A stretch of 64,000 nt of DNA from Glycera tridactyla (lineage: Eukaryota). The notes beneath the pieces are model-generated. The model searched no databases. It was not told where the DNA came from and worked only from the letters and a program-made list of their open reading frames with translations. The stretch lies in assembly GCA_965644265.1 (NCBI GenBank), contig OZ286463.1, forward strand, positions 112,530,001 to 112,594,000, written 5' to 3'. This document shows, piece after piece, positions 25,722 to 38,272 of the stretch. The position numbers and the translations under genes are program-made. The first letter of the stretch is position 1. Every line of letters starts with the position of its first letter.

Positions 25722-25795
<74 letters not shown>
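25722..25795. repeat. (GA)n microsatellite
   Basis: pure GA tract. Confidence 0.95.
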
Positions 25796-25798
<3 letters not shown>

Positions 25799-26574
25799 TG
25801 AATGATCCAACCGATCTGAATGGAATGAGCGTTTCAATATAGCTCACACGGTACACGAGAGATGTCGAACAACTAAACAAGCGACCCATGATACATAGTG
25901 GTATCCGATCACTTCGGTCGAGTTTGAGTAGAGGTAGTGGTATTAGTAAATATTTCGGGTTGACAGATTCCGCGTTTCCAACAAGAATAATGCCAATTTC
26001 TCGTCAAAAACTGCACGTCCCTCATGTTAAAGATGCCATGTGAGGGTGGAGTTGATGTCGAGACTCTAGCCTTAACTAATCAATGTGCCAATCTGACCGT
26101 ATTCTCATATGATTGAATAGCAACATGGATGAAATCAAGGATGAAACCCTGAACCCTCTCCTCGCCGCCACCATGAATGAGTTCATTATATGTATACATT
26201 GGGTTTCGTCTTGCATGTACGAATCCGCCAACCTCGACAGAGCCCAGCTATTTGGATCATTGTATTTTCTTGTATGGTATGCCGTGACCATTAGGAGAGT
26301 CTAGATGATGCAAGCATTTCTTTGATGGTATTCTTTTCTAGACGTTTGTGATATTACTTTTTATTCTGGGGAGTGCCTATGGTCATTGATGTCAACCTCA
26401 TATTTGTTATTGATATTACTGGGTGTCTTCCCAGAAAATAGATGTACGGCAGTTCACAATCACCGAGAATTTCCATTTCCCGGTATGGCACATACATTTC
26501 GAAGAAGATTGAAAATCGTCGAACGTGACCAGACCTGAAGAAACAAGACATGCTGATATGTGTTGGGTCTTTGG

Positions 26575-26796
26575 AGTTACACCTGCTTGTGAGACCACCC
26601 CTATACAAAGACCACTTCCCTACAATGCCTACTCTGAGCGGTGACTGTGATGGTATCTTCCACAAGAAACATTACACCTGCTTGAGAGACCACCCCTATA
26701 CAAAGACCACCTCCCCTACAAAACCTACTCTGAGTGGTGACTGTGATGGTATCTTCCTGCATAGAAGCATCCTGGTTTCTGTTGACAGGTTCGACT
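26575..26796. mobile_element. Tc1/mariner-type MITE remnant with internal duplication
   Basis: ends gacaggttcgacta; block ttacacctgcttg...gatggtatcttcc occurs twice. Confidence 0.55.
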
Positions 26797-28694
26797 ATCT
26801 TCGTGTTGTAGCATCTACTTGATATGCTTGACTATATTAGTTAGCAGAAACCTGTCTCTTTATATCAGCCATATGAATTAGATTGAAATCATAACAGAGC
26901 CATAGCGGTGAGACGTAGTGATTGATGGAGATAGACAGTGGGAGGAAGAGACAGGGAGAGCAGGCGGGCGAGCGAGTGGGATAGTTAGATAGATGGATAG
27001 ATAGACAGAGATACAGTCTGTCAGACGGACGGACGGGTGTACAGGTGAACGGACAGACATACGGACGGATAGACATACGGATGGACAGACGGGCGGACGG
27101 ATAGATCGGTAGACAGATCGTATATGAATGGACATGCAGATAAATGGACAGATATGCGGATGAATGAATCGATAAATGGATAGTNNNNNNNNNNNNNNNN
27201 NNNNNNNNNNNNNNNNNNNNNNNNNNNNNNNNNNNNNNNNNNNNNNNNNNNNNNNNNNNNNNNNNNNNNNNNNNNNNNNNNNNNNNNNNNNNNNNNNNNN
27301 NNNNNNNNNNNNNNNNNNNNNNNNNNNNNNNNNNNNNNNNNNNNNNNNNNNNNNNNNNNNNNNNNNNNNNNNNNNNNNNNNNNNNNNNNNNNNNNNNNNN
27401 NNNNNNATATAGATAGATCGATAGTCNNNNNNNNNNNNNNNNNNNNNNNNNNNNNNNNNNNNNNNNNNNNNNNNNNNNNNNNNNNNNNNNNNNNNNNNNN
27501 NNNNNNNNNNNNNNNNNNNNNNNNNNNNNNNNNNNNNNNNNNNNNNNNNNNNNNNNNNNNNNNNNNNNNNNNNNNNNNNNNNNNNNNNNNNNNNNNTATT
27601 TCCCGGTATGATCAGATATTCACATCAGTAGGGTGGAGGGTCAACTCCTTTTTGTCAACATTACTTAGTGAAGATAATTACAATCAGCAACAATTATTAT
27701 ATTAATGGCATACCTCGTTACATGGATGTTCTGCCCAGTGTACCACACATGGATACTGGCCGCCACATGCCCGTGGACTGACTTATTGACCACCACCCCT
27801 CCCCCACCCACGCCTAACAGTTGTTCAGAATGCCATGGGAACATACCGGAATGTCCAATTTCAGCGGTAAAAGAATTATCTGCGTGTTTAGAGTGTTTGA
27901 GAGTAAAGTGAATGAATACTTGTTTGTATGAAGCTCATCAATATCACGAATTGCAAGTGAAGCGCAACAAAGAGTCCTGAATGAAACCATCGATGTCAAT
28001 TGTCTGAGCATCTCAGTATAGCCCAGTTAGACAGACAGACAGACAGACAGAGAGACAGATGCACAGATGGATAAACGAACGGAATGTCCCCCTCTCATCG
28101 GAGCCTGGAATGAGTCTTGAGTAATCGAATACTAAATTCACGGGCTCATCAATGCAAGCGAAAGAAACTAATCGTTTGAAAGTCAGGTTGTATATTCCCA
28201 TGCCACCAGAGGCAGGACACTGACTACTGCCAGCGGGCATGAACGCAGTGTTCCCAGACATAAGAATCACTGTGGAATCGCCAGAGGTAGAGAGTCGTCA
28301 GGCTACTCCACAGTCATAGCTGACAGAGAAACACTTCGTCCTGAGAAGTTAATTCATAATAATTGACGAGGAAGATGGCAGATCGCAGCATCACGTATGA
28401 AGAAGTCGATCATCCCCACGAAAGACTACGAGTGAATGACTCACAACTTAATGCGGTATTTTTGAAATTTGTACCTTGCGGCGATTGGCAAATTGGATAA
28501 GGGGCTCGGATCAACCCTGAGACTAATCAACGTGGCTTATCGATAATGAGGCTGACAAACTACTGAACTGTGATAATTATCAGGGAGAAGACGTTTTCTC
28601 ATCGCACATCCCTAATCGCCCCGAGATATCGCGCCAGGCATCTGCTTGGAAGGGGGCCAAATCCAAGAGGACCTCCAGCGGAATTCCTGCTATG

Positions 28695-28841
28695 AGATGT
28701 CGCATTGTCATCACCAGATGTCGCATTGTCATCACCAGATGTCGCATTGTCATCACCAGATGTCGCATTGTCATCACCAGATGTCGCATTCTCATCACCG
28801 GATGTCGCATTCTCATCACCGGATGTCGCATTCTCATCACC
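28695..28841. repeat. 21-bp minisatellite, 7 copies
   Basis: RgatgtcgcattStcatcacc x7; minus frame reads (SGD[D/E]NAT)7. Confidence 0.95.
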
Positions 28842-30011
28842 AGATCCTCCAAAAACCTCTGATGTCAAAACTGACCAACCCACAGCAGCCAAGATCAGCA
28901 TTAGGTGAAATACGTGCAGTGATATTGGAACTTTGATGTCGTCTTGAGAAATGGTATCCATGTGGATATTCATACATTTATGTGATGCTACTCGGGAGAC
29001 TTCATTTGGTGAGTGTAACTAATGACCAATCAAACGCGATGTTTCATATATATATATAGCTTTGAGCATTAAAATATTCATCAATTCTGATGATGTATCT
29101 GTATCGGATTAATTTCGATTTGAGGANNNNNNNNNNNNNNNNNNNNNNNNNNNNNNNNNNNNNNNNNNNNNNNNNNNNNNNNNNNNNNNNNNNNNNNNNN
29201 NNNNNNNNNNNNNNNNNNNNNNNNNNNNNNNNNNNNNNNNNNNNNNNNNNNNNNNNNNNNNNNNNNNNNNNNNNNNNNNNNNNNNGGTCTGTATTGCTTC
29301 CTCTGGCCACTAAGCAATTAGCATGTTAAATGAAGCATATATACTGCCGGCATCTGACTGCTTACAGAGAAGGCTGCAGCAGCAGGCTTGCAGTGCCGCA
29401 CATCTTGCTAATGGACGAAACAGCGTAGACAACTGAAATTAGATGAGGAACTTCGTACACACAGCCATCTTGAATTTCCGACCTGTGAGCTGTTTCCTGC
29501 CGTTGGACATCCTAGGCATCGTAATATCCTGCCTGGCGCTATAATGGCGAAATAACGTGCTCGTCATACTGAAATGCGAGGCATGCTGTTTCTCGTCATC
29601 TCAGAGATATTTGTACATCTTGACCATATGTAACTGCAGCTATATACACCTAACAGCAGGATTATCGTCCTGCTCCCGTCGCCTTTTTTCATACCAAACA
29701 AATGTGATACAGACACGACTGATGAACTTTAGCATGTGGCGGTGCTCCTCATGCAAGTGCTTCGTGGTTGTGGTTGAAGGTGTTCAAAAAAAAGTGTATG
29801 TTTGAGAGCTATTCACAAAGGAGGGTAATGTGCTTGCTAGAGGATCTCTACTGGTCTTGTCCTTTGAATCGATTGAGCTCTCATTCTGAATGTACGAATT
29901 AGGATTCTGAGTTGATGTCCTGGTTTCATTGAATGGAACGCAGAAATATATTTAAACTCTCATCATCGTGCGACTAAGGATTCTCATTTCAGAATCCCTT
30001 TTTGATCTTAG

Positions 30012-30132
30012 CCTTTGCCCCGGTGCAAACTATCTTCCTTGTGACTCACACCATCCTCATCCAAGCCATCTGCGGGTGGCGCTTTGACATCTGCTCTGTC
30101 CCTTTGAGCTCATGGTACCAGGAACACAAGTT
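30012..30132 (+). CDS. Internal exon of an unidentified (possibly membrane) protein
   Basis: ccctttttgatcttag|cc...aagtt|gtgagt; one open frame only: FAPVQTIFLVTHTILIQAICGWRFDICSVPLSSWYQEHK; partner exons not identified. Confidence 0.55.
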
Positions 30133-31760
30133 GTGAGTCACCAGGGTGGAAGTAGCTGATTGTGTGCCTGTAGCAGTGATGTCATTATGTACATAGATGG
30201 TACCAGGAACACAAGTTGTGAGTCACCCGGGTGTAAGTAGCTGATTGTTTGCCTGTGACAGCGATGTCACCATGTACACAGATGGTACCAGGAACACAAG
30301 TTGTGAGTCACCCGGGTGGAAGTAGCTGATTGTTTGCCTGTAGCAGTGATGTCATCATGTACATAGATGGTACCTGGAACACAAGTTGTGAGTCACCCGG
30401 GTGGAAGTAGCTGATTGTTTATCTGTAGCAGTGATGTCACCATGTACATAGACGGTACCGGGAACACAAGTTGTGAGTCACCAGATTGTGGGTAGCTGAT
30501 TGTTTGCCTGTAACAGCGATGTCATCATGTACATAGACGGTACCAGGAACACAAGTTGTGAGTCACCAGGGTGTGGGTAGCTGATTGTTTGCCTGTAACA
30601 GCGATGTCATTATGTACATAGACGGTACCAGGAACACAAGTCGTGAGTCACCAGATTGTGGGTAGCTGATTGTTTGCCTGTAACAGCGATGTCATTATGT
30701 ACATAGACGGTACCAGGAACACAAGTCGTGAGTCACCAGATTGTGGGTAGCTGATTGTTTGCCTGTAACAGCGATGTCATTATGTACATAGACGGTACCA
30801 GGAACACAGGTTGTGAGTCACCATGGTGTGGGTAGCTGATTGTTTGCCTGTAACAGCGATGTCATCATGTACATAGACGGTACCAGGAACACAAGTTTTG
30901 AGTCACCAGGGTGTGGGTAGCTGATTGTTTGCCTGTATCAGCGATGTCATTATGTACATAGACGGTACCAGGAACACAAGTTGTGAGTCACCAGGGTGTG
31001 GGTAGCTGATTGTTTGCCTGTAACAGCGATGTCATCATGTACATAGACGGTACCAGGAACACAAGTCGTGAGTCACCAGATTGTGGGTAGCTGATTGTTT
31101 GCCTGTAACAGCGATGTCATTATGTACATAGACGGTACCAGGAACACAGGTTGTGAGTCACCATGGTGTGGGTAGCTGATTGTTTGCCTGTATCAGCGAT
31201 GTCATTATGTACATAGACGGTACCAGGAACACAAGTTGTGAGTCACCAGATTGTGGGTAGCTGATTGTTTGCCTGTAACAGCGATGTCATTATGTACATA
31301 GACGGTACCGGGAACACAAGTTGTGAGTCACCAGATTGTTGGTAGCTGATTGTTTGCCTGTAACAGCGATGTCATTATGTACATAGACGGTACCGGGAAC
31401 ACAAGTTGTGAGTCACCAGGGTGTGGGTAGCTGATTGTTTGCCTGTAACAGCGATGTCTTTATGTACATAGACGGTGCCAGGAACACAAGTCGTGAGTCA
31501 CCAGATTGTGGGTAGCTGATTGTTTGCCTGTAACAGCGATGTCATTATGTACATAGACGGTACCAGGAACACAGGTTGTGAGTCACCAGGGTGTGGGTAG
31601 CTGATTGTTTGCCTGTAACAGCGATGTCATTATGTACATAGACGGTACCAGGAACACAAGTTGGGAGTCACCAGGGTGTGGGTAGCTGATTGTTTGCCTG
31701 TAACAGTGATGTCACCATGTACATAGACGGTACCAGGAACACAAGTTGTGAGTCACCAGG
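30112..31760 (+). repeat. 85-bp tandem repeat, about 19.4 copies: last 21 nt of the exon plus 64 nt of intron
   Basis: aYggtaccaggaacacaagtt|gtgagtcacc...gctgattg...tatgtacatag; exact 85-nt spacing from donor 30133 to donor 31748. Confidence 0.95.
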
Positions 31761-32499
31761 GCTTTTATAAGTCTATCACCTCCCCAAAAATCACACATCG
31801 TGATTTTTGACATTTTTGAAAGGAGTATCAAGCAATTTCGACAATTTCAAAATCTCATAAGTCAAACATTGGCCTCTGGAGGCGATTGACAATCAACTCT
31901 GGATTCATTACTTCACTTCATCTCAGTGTCGATGGTTGGGTTACTGGCAGAGTTTGTAGATAGCATTCCATGTACAACTTTCTCAATGCTACGGGTAATA
32001 CTGTATTGATGAGTATAAAGTTATCTTCATTCCAATGCCGACATTTCATGATTTGTATCTGTGTCGAGGTTGAGACACTCATGCGGCGACTGTAACGAAC
32101 TCGCCCAGTAATCTGAGTGTAAAGGTCAGTTGAGTGTGAGAACCTCTCTGTTTACATTGGTATGTGTCGGCTGGACAGTCCTAATGGTACAGATGGGTAT
32201 TGGTATAATTGTCGCCAGTATGGGCCTAATAGAGTCATTGATCAGTCGGCTAGTGTGGACCTGTATACAAGCGGGCTGCACGTTTATCATGCCACTGACA
32301 CCTCAATTATACCATTACTGCAGTCATTCCATGCGCATGGAAAGAGTTGAACCCTCACCCACATGGCATATGGAATCACATGAATGCTCATGGATATTGG
32401 CTCTAGGTTTGGATGAGTATTTCATTTTATTTTGGTGTGAATTATTTCATGAAGTTTGGTTGTATTGAATGTGTACGCTCATTATCTTCTATGTTCGCC

Positions 32500-32652
32500 A
32501 GCTTCGAAGACCACCTTTCTATAAAGCCCAGCTCCCTATAAAGGCCACCCTGAGCCGCAACCGAGGTAGCGGGAACCTCTCTATAAAGACAACCTGCCTA
32601 TGAATACCACTCTGATGCGGCCGAAGGTGGTCTTTACAGACAGATTCGACTG
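32500..32652. mobile_element. Tc1/mariner-type MITE remnant
   Basis: repeated ctataaag/gaccacc motifs; ends acagattcgactg+ta. Confidence 0.5.
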
Positions 32653-32689
32653 TATTCTCTGCACATCCATTTGCACGAATTCTAGCTTT

Positions 32690-34905
32690 TCGTAGAATCG
32701 ATCGCTAAATAGAAAAATAAAATGATTGATGATATAAAGATATTTGCCCAACAGAGTAAACTAGACTCTATAGGTCTTGTCGAGACCTTCCTTAGTGAGA
32801 ACACACTTGACTATGCTAGACATCACTCTTGGAAAAAGTAAGGGGGGAGGCATCTGTGTGTACTGCAGAGATCACTATAACCATATTGTAGAATGGAATC
32901 TCGCAATGTAGGACATTGAAATGATGTGGTGCAAACTCACATTACCACATTCCAGGTCAACCTACATAGGAATGAGATATAGACCGCCTGATGGAGATAT
33001 TGACAATGCCCTTGAACTTGAGTTGAGACTGGGTGATATATATGGGGATAGGGTATCGGACGTATTTTCATTTGGGGATTTCAACATAGATCTCTTATCT
33101 AAAAACCCTCAAGTCAAAAAATATAATCATCTTTTGAGAAATTTTCACCTAGTACAACTAATCAAAGACCCCACTCGAGTCACGGAAACCTCAAGAACAC
33201 TAATAGACCATATAGTAACCAACCGACCTGAATATTGTAATGAAAGTAGAACTTTTGACATAGGTTTGAATGATCACTCCTTAACATATGTGACACGTGA
33301 AAAACAAAAATTATCGAAAAAAGGTCATTTTATCCAAATCAGAAATTATAGAAATGTTGATGTGCCCAAATTTAATACTGATATTATGACTTGTGATTGA
33401 TCTGATTTTTATAATTGCATTGATGTTGACCCTGCTACTGACTTATTCTATGAGAATATCCTAAAGCTTTGTAATGTGCATTGTCCGTGGAAGCGTATAC
33501 GGTCCAGAGACGAGCAACCGGGCTGGATTAACAGCGACTATCTAAGCCATAGCGATTTGCGAGAATATGTAAGTAATTGCTATAGGCTGAATCCCACTCC
33601 AGAAAATGCTGAAAAGAAAGAGAAAGCACAGCGAGAAACAAATATACTCAAAAAAACTTCACAGCGAAATTTCATACGAGATAAACTTCGGGAACACTCT
33701 GGAAATTCTAAATTGCTGTGGAAGCTCATCAGAGATTTTTGGCCAAGTGAAAAATCGGGAATTTCTATCAATAAAATCAATGATGCTGTTGATCCAGCTG
33801 GAATAGCTAACCATCTGAACCAACATTTCAGCACAATCGGTCCGATTATCAGTGACAGTTTTTCATCAGTACAGGATATGACACCCCCTGCACAGCCTCA
33901 CCTAGTAGATATTTTTAATGTCAGCATGACAAACATCGCTGATATTACCAAAATAGTCAATAAAATGTCAAGTTCCAAGAGCAATGGTAACGACGGATTA
34001 CCACCAACCATCCTAAAGTGGATCCTACCAACAATTGGCCCACTTTTAAAGCATATTGCCGATCCCAGCATTACCACTACAGTTTTCGCCAGAGTCTGGA
34101 AAAATGGGATCATCACTCCCCTATTTAAGGAAGGAGACAGAACCAATCCATCAAATTACCGGCCCACAACAGTACTAAGTCCAGTGAGCAAAATTTTTGA
34201 AAGAATGATTCATGATCAGATCAGTGATTTCCTGATAAGATTTAACTTATTGTGTAAAGAGCAATCGGAGTTCAGGAGGGGGCTACTCTACTGCGACGTG
34301 CCTGTTGCAGTTCCTGGATAATATATACCAGGGGCTGGAGCGGGGTTGTCCCAGTGGAGTGCTCTTCCTGGACCTCCGAAGAGCCTTTGATACAGTAAAT
34401 CATGAACTTCTTTGCATTAAACTTAAGAAAATCGGCATTAGTACTCGGGCCGTGGCATGGGTAAAATCGTACGTGAGTAATCGTACATGTTCAACTAAAG
34501 CAAACGGTGTCATATCCGAACCTTTACCTTTAAATTGTAGTGTGCACCAGGGGTCAATCCTGGGGCCACTACTATCTACCCTATATATAAATGACATGCC
34601 ACAACTTTTGAGAATATGAATGTTTATCTATATGCTGATGATACGGTGCTCTCCTACTCATCAGACTCTGTATTTGATATGCAGACTACTTTTAATAGAA
34701 ATTTAGCTCTCATAGCAGAGTGGCTGGAGTCCAACAAGCTAATGTTGAACATTGACAAAACTCAGTTTATCTTATTTGGAACTCCAGTCATGCTGCGAAA
34801 ATTTGATGACGTAGTAGTGGAATATGGGGGCAAACAGATTGAAAGAGTGTCATGTTTCAAATATCCTGGCGTGAAACTCGATAGTTCCTTGAAGTTTGAT
34901 GTACA
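32690..34905 (+). mobile_element. CR1/L2-type LINE A, ORF2 (APE endonuclease and RT), 5' part, frameshifted
   Basis: GLVETFL, YRPPDG, GDFNIDL, PTRVTETSRTLIDHI, NYRP, FLDLRRAFDTVNH, QGSILGP, YADDT, GVKLDSSLKFDV. Confidence 0.92.
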
Positions 34906-36897
34906 GCCCAAAAGACCACTGTCCTTCCTACCATGGACAGCCCGTCTGGACTTGCCAGTGACGCAGATACTGCCGAGAGAGTAAATGAATTCTCCACTAA
35001 AATTGGTGAAAAACTTGCGATGAATTTTGAAGAAACGACCTGTGACTCTAGGCAAATAGTGACCGCATGCCCCCCGAAAAATTTGAACTGAAACATGTTG
35101 ATCGTAGCATATAATGGCCTTGAGTACCTCATCATCAGGGGGTGTCGATAACATTACCAGTCATTATCTAAAGCTTAGCGCTGACATCATTCGCCCTGCA
35201 ATATGCCATCTCATCAACCTGCCTATCGACAAGGCCATCTTTCCACCGCAATGGAAGGAAGCGATAGTAACTGGGATCCACAAGAGTGGCCCAGCAAACG
35301 ATTTTAGCCATTTTAGGCCCATCAGTCTTCTGTGTGTTCTTGGTAAACTGTTAGAAAGAGTTGATCACGCACAGATTTATGAACATGTCAATTCTGCAGC
35401 AGTGATGAGCAAATGCCAAATTGGGTCCAGGAAGGGGCACTCCACGGGCTCGTGCCTCGCCAGTCTCCTGGACAAAATCTACAGGGGGGCTGACGAGGGG
35501 CACGTCTGTGGCGTCCTCTTTGTGGACCTGAAGAAGGCGTTTGACACGGTTGATCACACTTTCTTATTAACGGAACTCAACCGTCTTGGTTTTGGTACTA
35601 AATCTCTTGCTTGGGTATCTTCCTATCTATCAGGACATACACAAGCCACTAGAGTGGGCCAATCATTATCGAGTTTTCTACCAGTCACTCACGGTGTTCC
35701 GCAAGGATCAATTCTTGGTCCGCTTTTGTTTATACTTTATGTGAATTCTCTTGAGTCCTGTCTAACCCTGTCGTCGCTTTTTCTCTATGCCGATGACACG
35801 GCCTTGCTTGTATCTGGCAAATATATTGATGAAGTAGAATGGAGTCTGAACAGTGAACTGGCAAGAATTTCCACCTGGTTTGCAACACGAAAACTGACAT
35901 TGAATCTGAACAAGTCAGATGTAATGCTGTTTGGCGCCCACCAACGTCTCCGCATATGCAGAGATCTCGTTGTTACCTATAATGGGCAACGAGTGGAACA
36001 GGTTTCATCTTATAAGTATCTGGGAGTGGTTTTAGACTCTCATCTTACCTTCAATAACCACGTGGACTATCTAGTCAAGAATGTCAATTTCAGACGCCGC
36101 ACTTTATATCACATCCGTCCTTCTATTGATTCGAAATTGGCATTGTATCTCTACCAGCATCTAATCCACCCCTTATTTATTAACTTGGATTATATATACG
36201 ACGCTTGCACTGAGACCTGCTCCGACAGGCTTCAGGTGGCACAGAATAGGTGTCTCAGCGGGGTAGCCACTTGTGGGTGGACCTACTCAGCCACTCATCT
36301 CCATGCTACCCTTGGAATCAAAACCCTCAAGAAGATACGCGCTTCCAACACCTTAATTGAAGTGTACAGGTGCTTATTTGGCAGTAAAGATACACCCAGC
36401 CCCCTCAAGTCTCATTTCAGTATGAAAAGGCCGCGTGCAAGAGGAGTGAGGACTAGATCAATTAGTACCCTCGAGCTTGGCCCCCAACTTGAAGTTCCTA
36501 CCACCAAACTGAGATTTGCTGAAAGAAATTTTAGAATTAGAGGAGCATATTTTTGGAACCGCTCTGACTTGAAAGTTTGCACTGCTACCTCCCTCAATAT
36601 ACGCATTCTTCACAAATAACGCAGGGCGTCGCCACCACTATTGTCTGCTTGTCTTGCCTGAATGCCATTGATGTCATTCTGATATTTGATATACACACTG
36701 TGCCAACAATGGGCAGAGATACATGTACTCATCATGTAGGTTAGAGATGTAGTGCGTTTGTTTAATCATTACTGCAACTTTTGACTACTTGTACATTGTT
36801 ATGCTGTGTCTGCGTCTGCATGTAATATGACCTGTATTGGGTCCACTGTTATATTGATCTCATGCAATGTAAAAGATTCAATTCAATTCAATTCAAT
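34906..36897 (+). mobile_element. 5'-truncated CR1/L2-type LINE B (RT plus 3' UTR and (ATTCA)n tail) inserted in LINE A
   Basis: 501-aa ORF 35114-36619 with FRPISLL, FVDLKKAFDTVDH, GVPQGSILGPLLF, YADDT, YKYLGVVLD; tail attcaattcaattcaattcaat. Confidence 0.92.
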
Positions 36898-37430
36898 TTA
36901 TATTGAATTTAAGACAATGGGTAAAGTAAAATACCTTGGCAGTCTACGGCGAGTCTTAGATCAAGCAACATCATTAATGCTTTACAAGAGTCTCGTTGCT
37001 CCCATGTTCGACTACTGCGATATTGTCTATGATAATTTGTTACAACGAGACTCATGAATGCTTCAACGTATACAGAACTGCGCCGTGATGCGCCTTGATG
37101 AAGGACAAGACCACTCCCAGCACAACTCTTCATGGTGAATTAGGCCCTGATTCACTTAGTATACGATGTGAAAAACGTACCTCAAAATTTATGTTCAAAT
37201 CATTGAAATCAAGGGATACACCCATTGGAATCAAGACTAAATTTAAGTATATTAGAAATAGGCATTCTAGACAGACACGTGCCAGTACCCACGGGAAACT
37301 TGAATTGTCCCGACTAAGGCTATCCAAATCGCAGGGAAATTTTTTCTACCGGGGACCGAAATTATGGAATACACTTAGCGAGAATATTGGAGAAACTCAG
37401 TCACTTTAAGTTTTTAAAAGGATATCCTCT
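36898..37430 (+). mobile_element. 3' continuation of LINE A ORF2
   Basis: KTMGKVKYLGSLRRVLDQATSLMLYKSLVAPMFDYCDIVY...FFYRGPKLWN, the region that normally follows KYLGVKLD..L.F. Confidence 0.8.
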
Positions 37431-37514
37431 CGAATAGAGATCCATGAGAACTCGGCACAATAACGTTGCTTGTCAAATATGATGATTAAAAGGAATGATC
37501 CTGGATCTCATATA

Positions 37515-37691
37515 CAGTGAAATCTGCTCGAGTGTAAACCTGCGCTAGGCAAAATCCTGTCTTAAGCACATACCCCACGGTCTGCCCGGATGGTTTTTTC
37601 TCACTATAATTGTCCTGCACTAAGCAGAATCCTGTCTTAAGTGAAAGAAAAATTTGGTCTCGTGACTTTTCACTTAAGACAGGTTTTACTG
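37515..37691. mobile_element. Tc1/mariner-type MITE
   Basis: TA|cagtgaaatctg ... caggttttactg|TA. Confidence 0.75.
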
Positions 37692-38104
37692 TATTAGTAT
37701 AGGCTCCAACCCACTTTTATTTATGATCGACCAATGCCTGAAAAGGTCTCGCTCCCAGACCCTCGTATGCAGTTCCCATTAAATGGGAATCCATCCCTCC
37801 TTTCCACCCAATTTATTGATGGTGATTAATTGAGAACATAAATTGTATATGTCATTAGGGAAACTGAGCGAGTGCATGTTTATTCTTTCGGATATGATTG
37901 ATGAGTAAATGTATGTATGAATGTATGTATGAATGTGTCCATGACTAGGTAAATGAGTGAGTGCATGTTTATTTTTTCGGATATGACTGATGTGTAAATG
38001 AGTCTGAATGTAGTGAACGTCAGGTAATGAGTGAATGCATGATTACATATTCTGATAAGATGGATGGGTAAATGAGTTTGGATGAAAGTATTATAAATTG
38101 ACAT

Positions 38105-38272
38105 CAATTGTAAACTACCATAACATGATGTCTTGTATATATGTTCTCCAAATCTTTCTAATGTTTTACATCTCGCGCGTTCCTTAAAAAAGCCTCTCTG
38201 GGGCTAACTGTGCACTGTAAATATGTACTTTGCGAGAAAAATATAGGATTATTGTATTGTATTATATTGTAT
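38105..38272 (+). mobile_element. Probable LINE 3' UTR with (ATTGT)n tail
   Basis: ...gcctctctggggctaactgtgcactgtaaatatgtac...attattgtattgtattatattgtat. Confidence 0.45.

Noticed and set aside
23700-27950. Several short ORFs as exons or transposase remnants
   Set aside because: No recognisable motif or consistent phase chain; cannot be supported without a search.
30012-30132. STEAP-like assignment (F..VQ...GW)
   Set aside because: Conserved His and spacing do not match; left unnamed.
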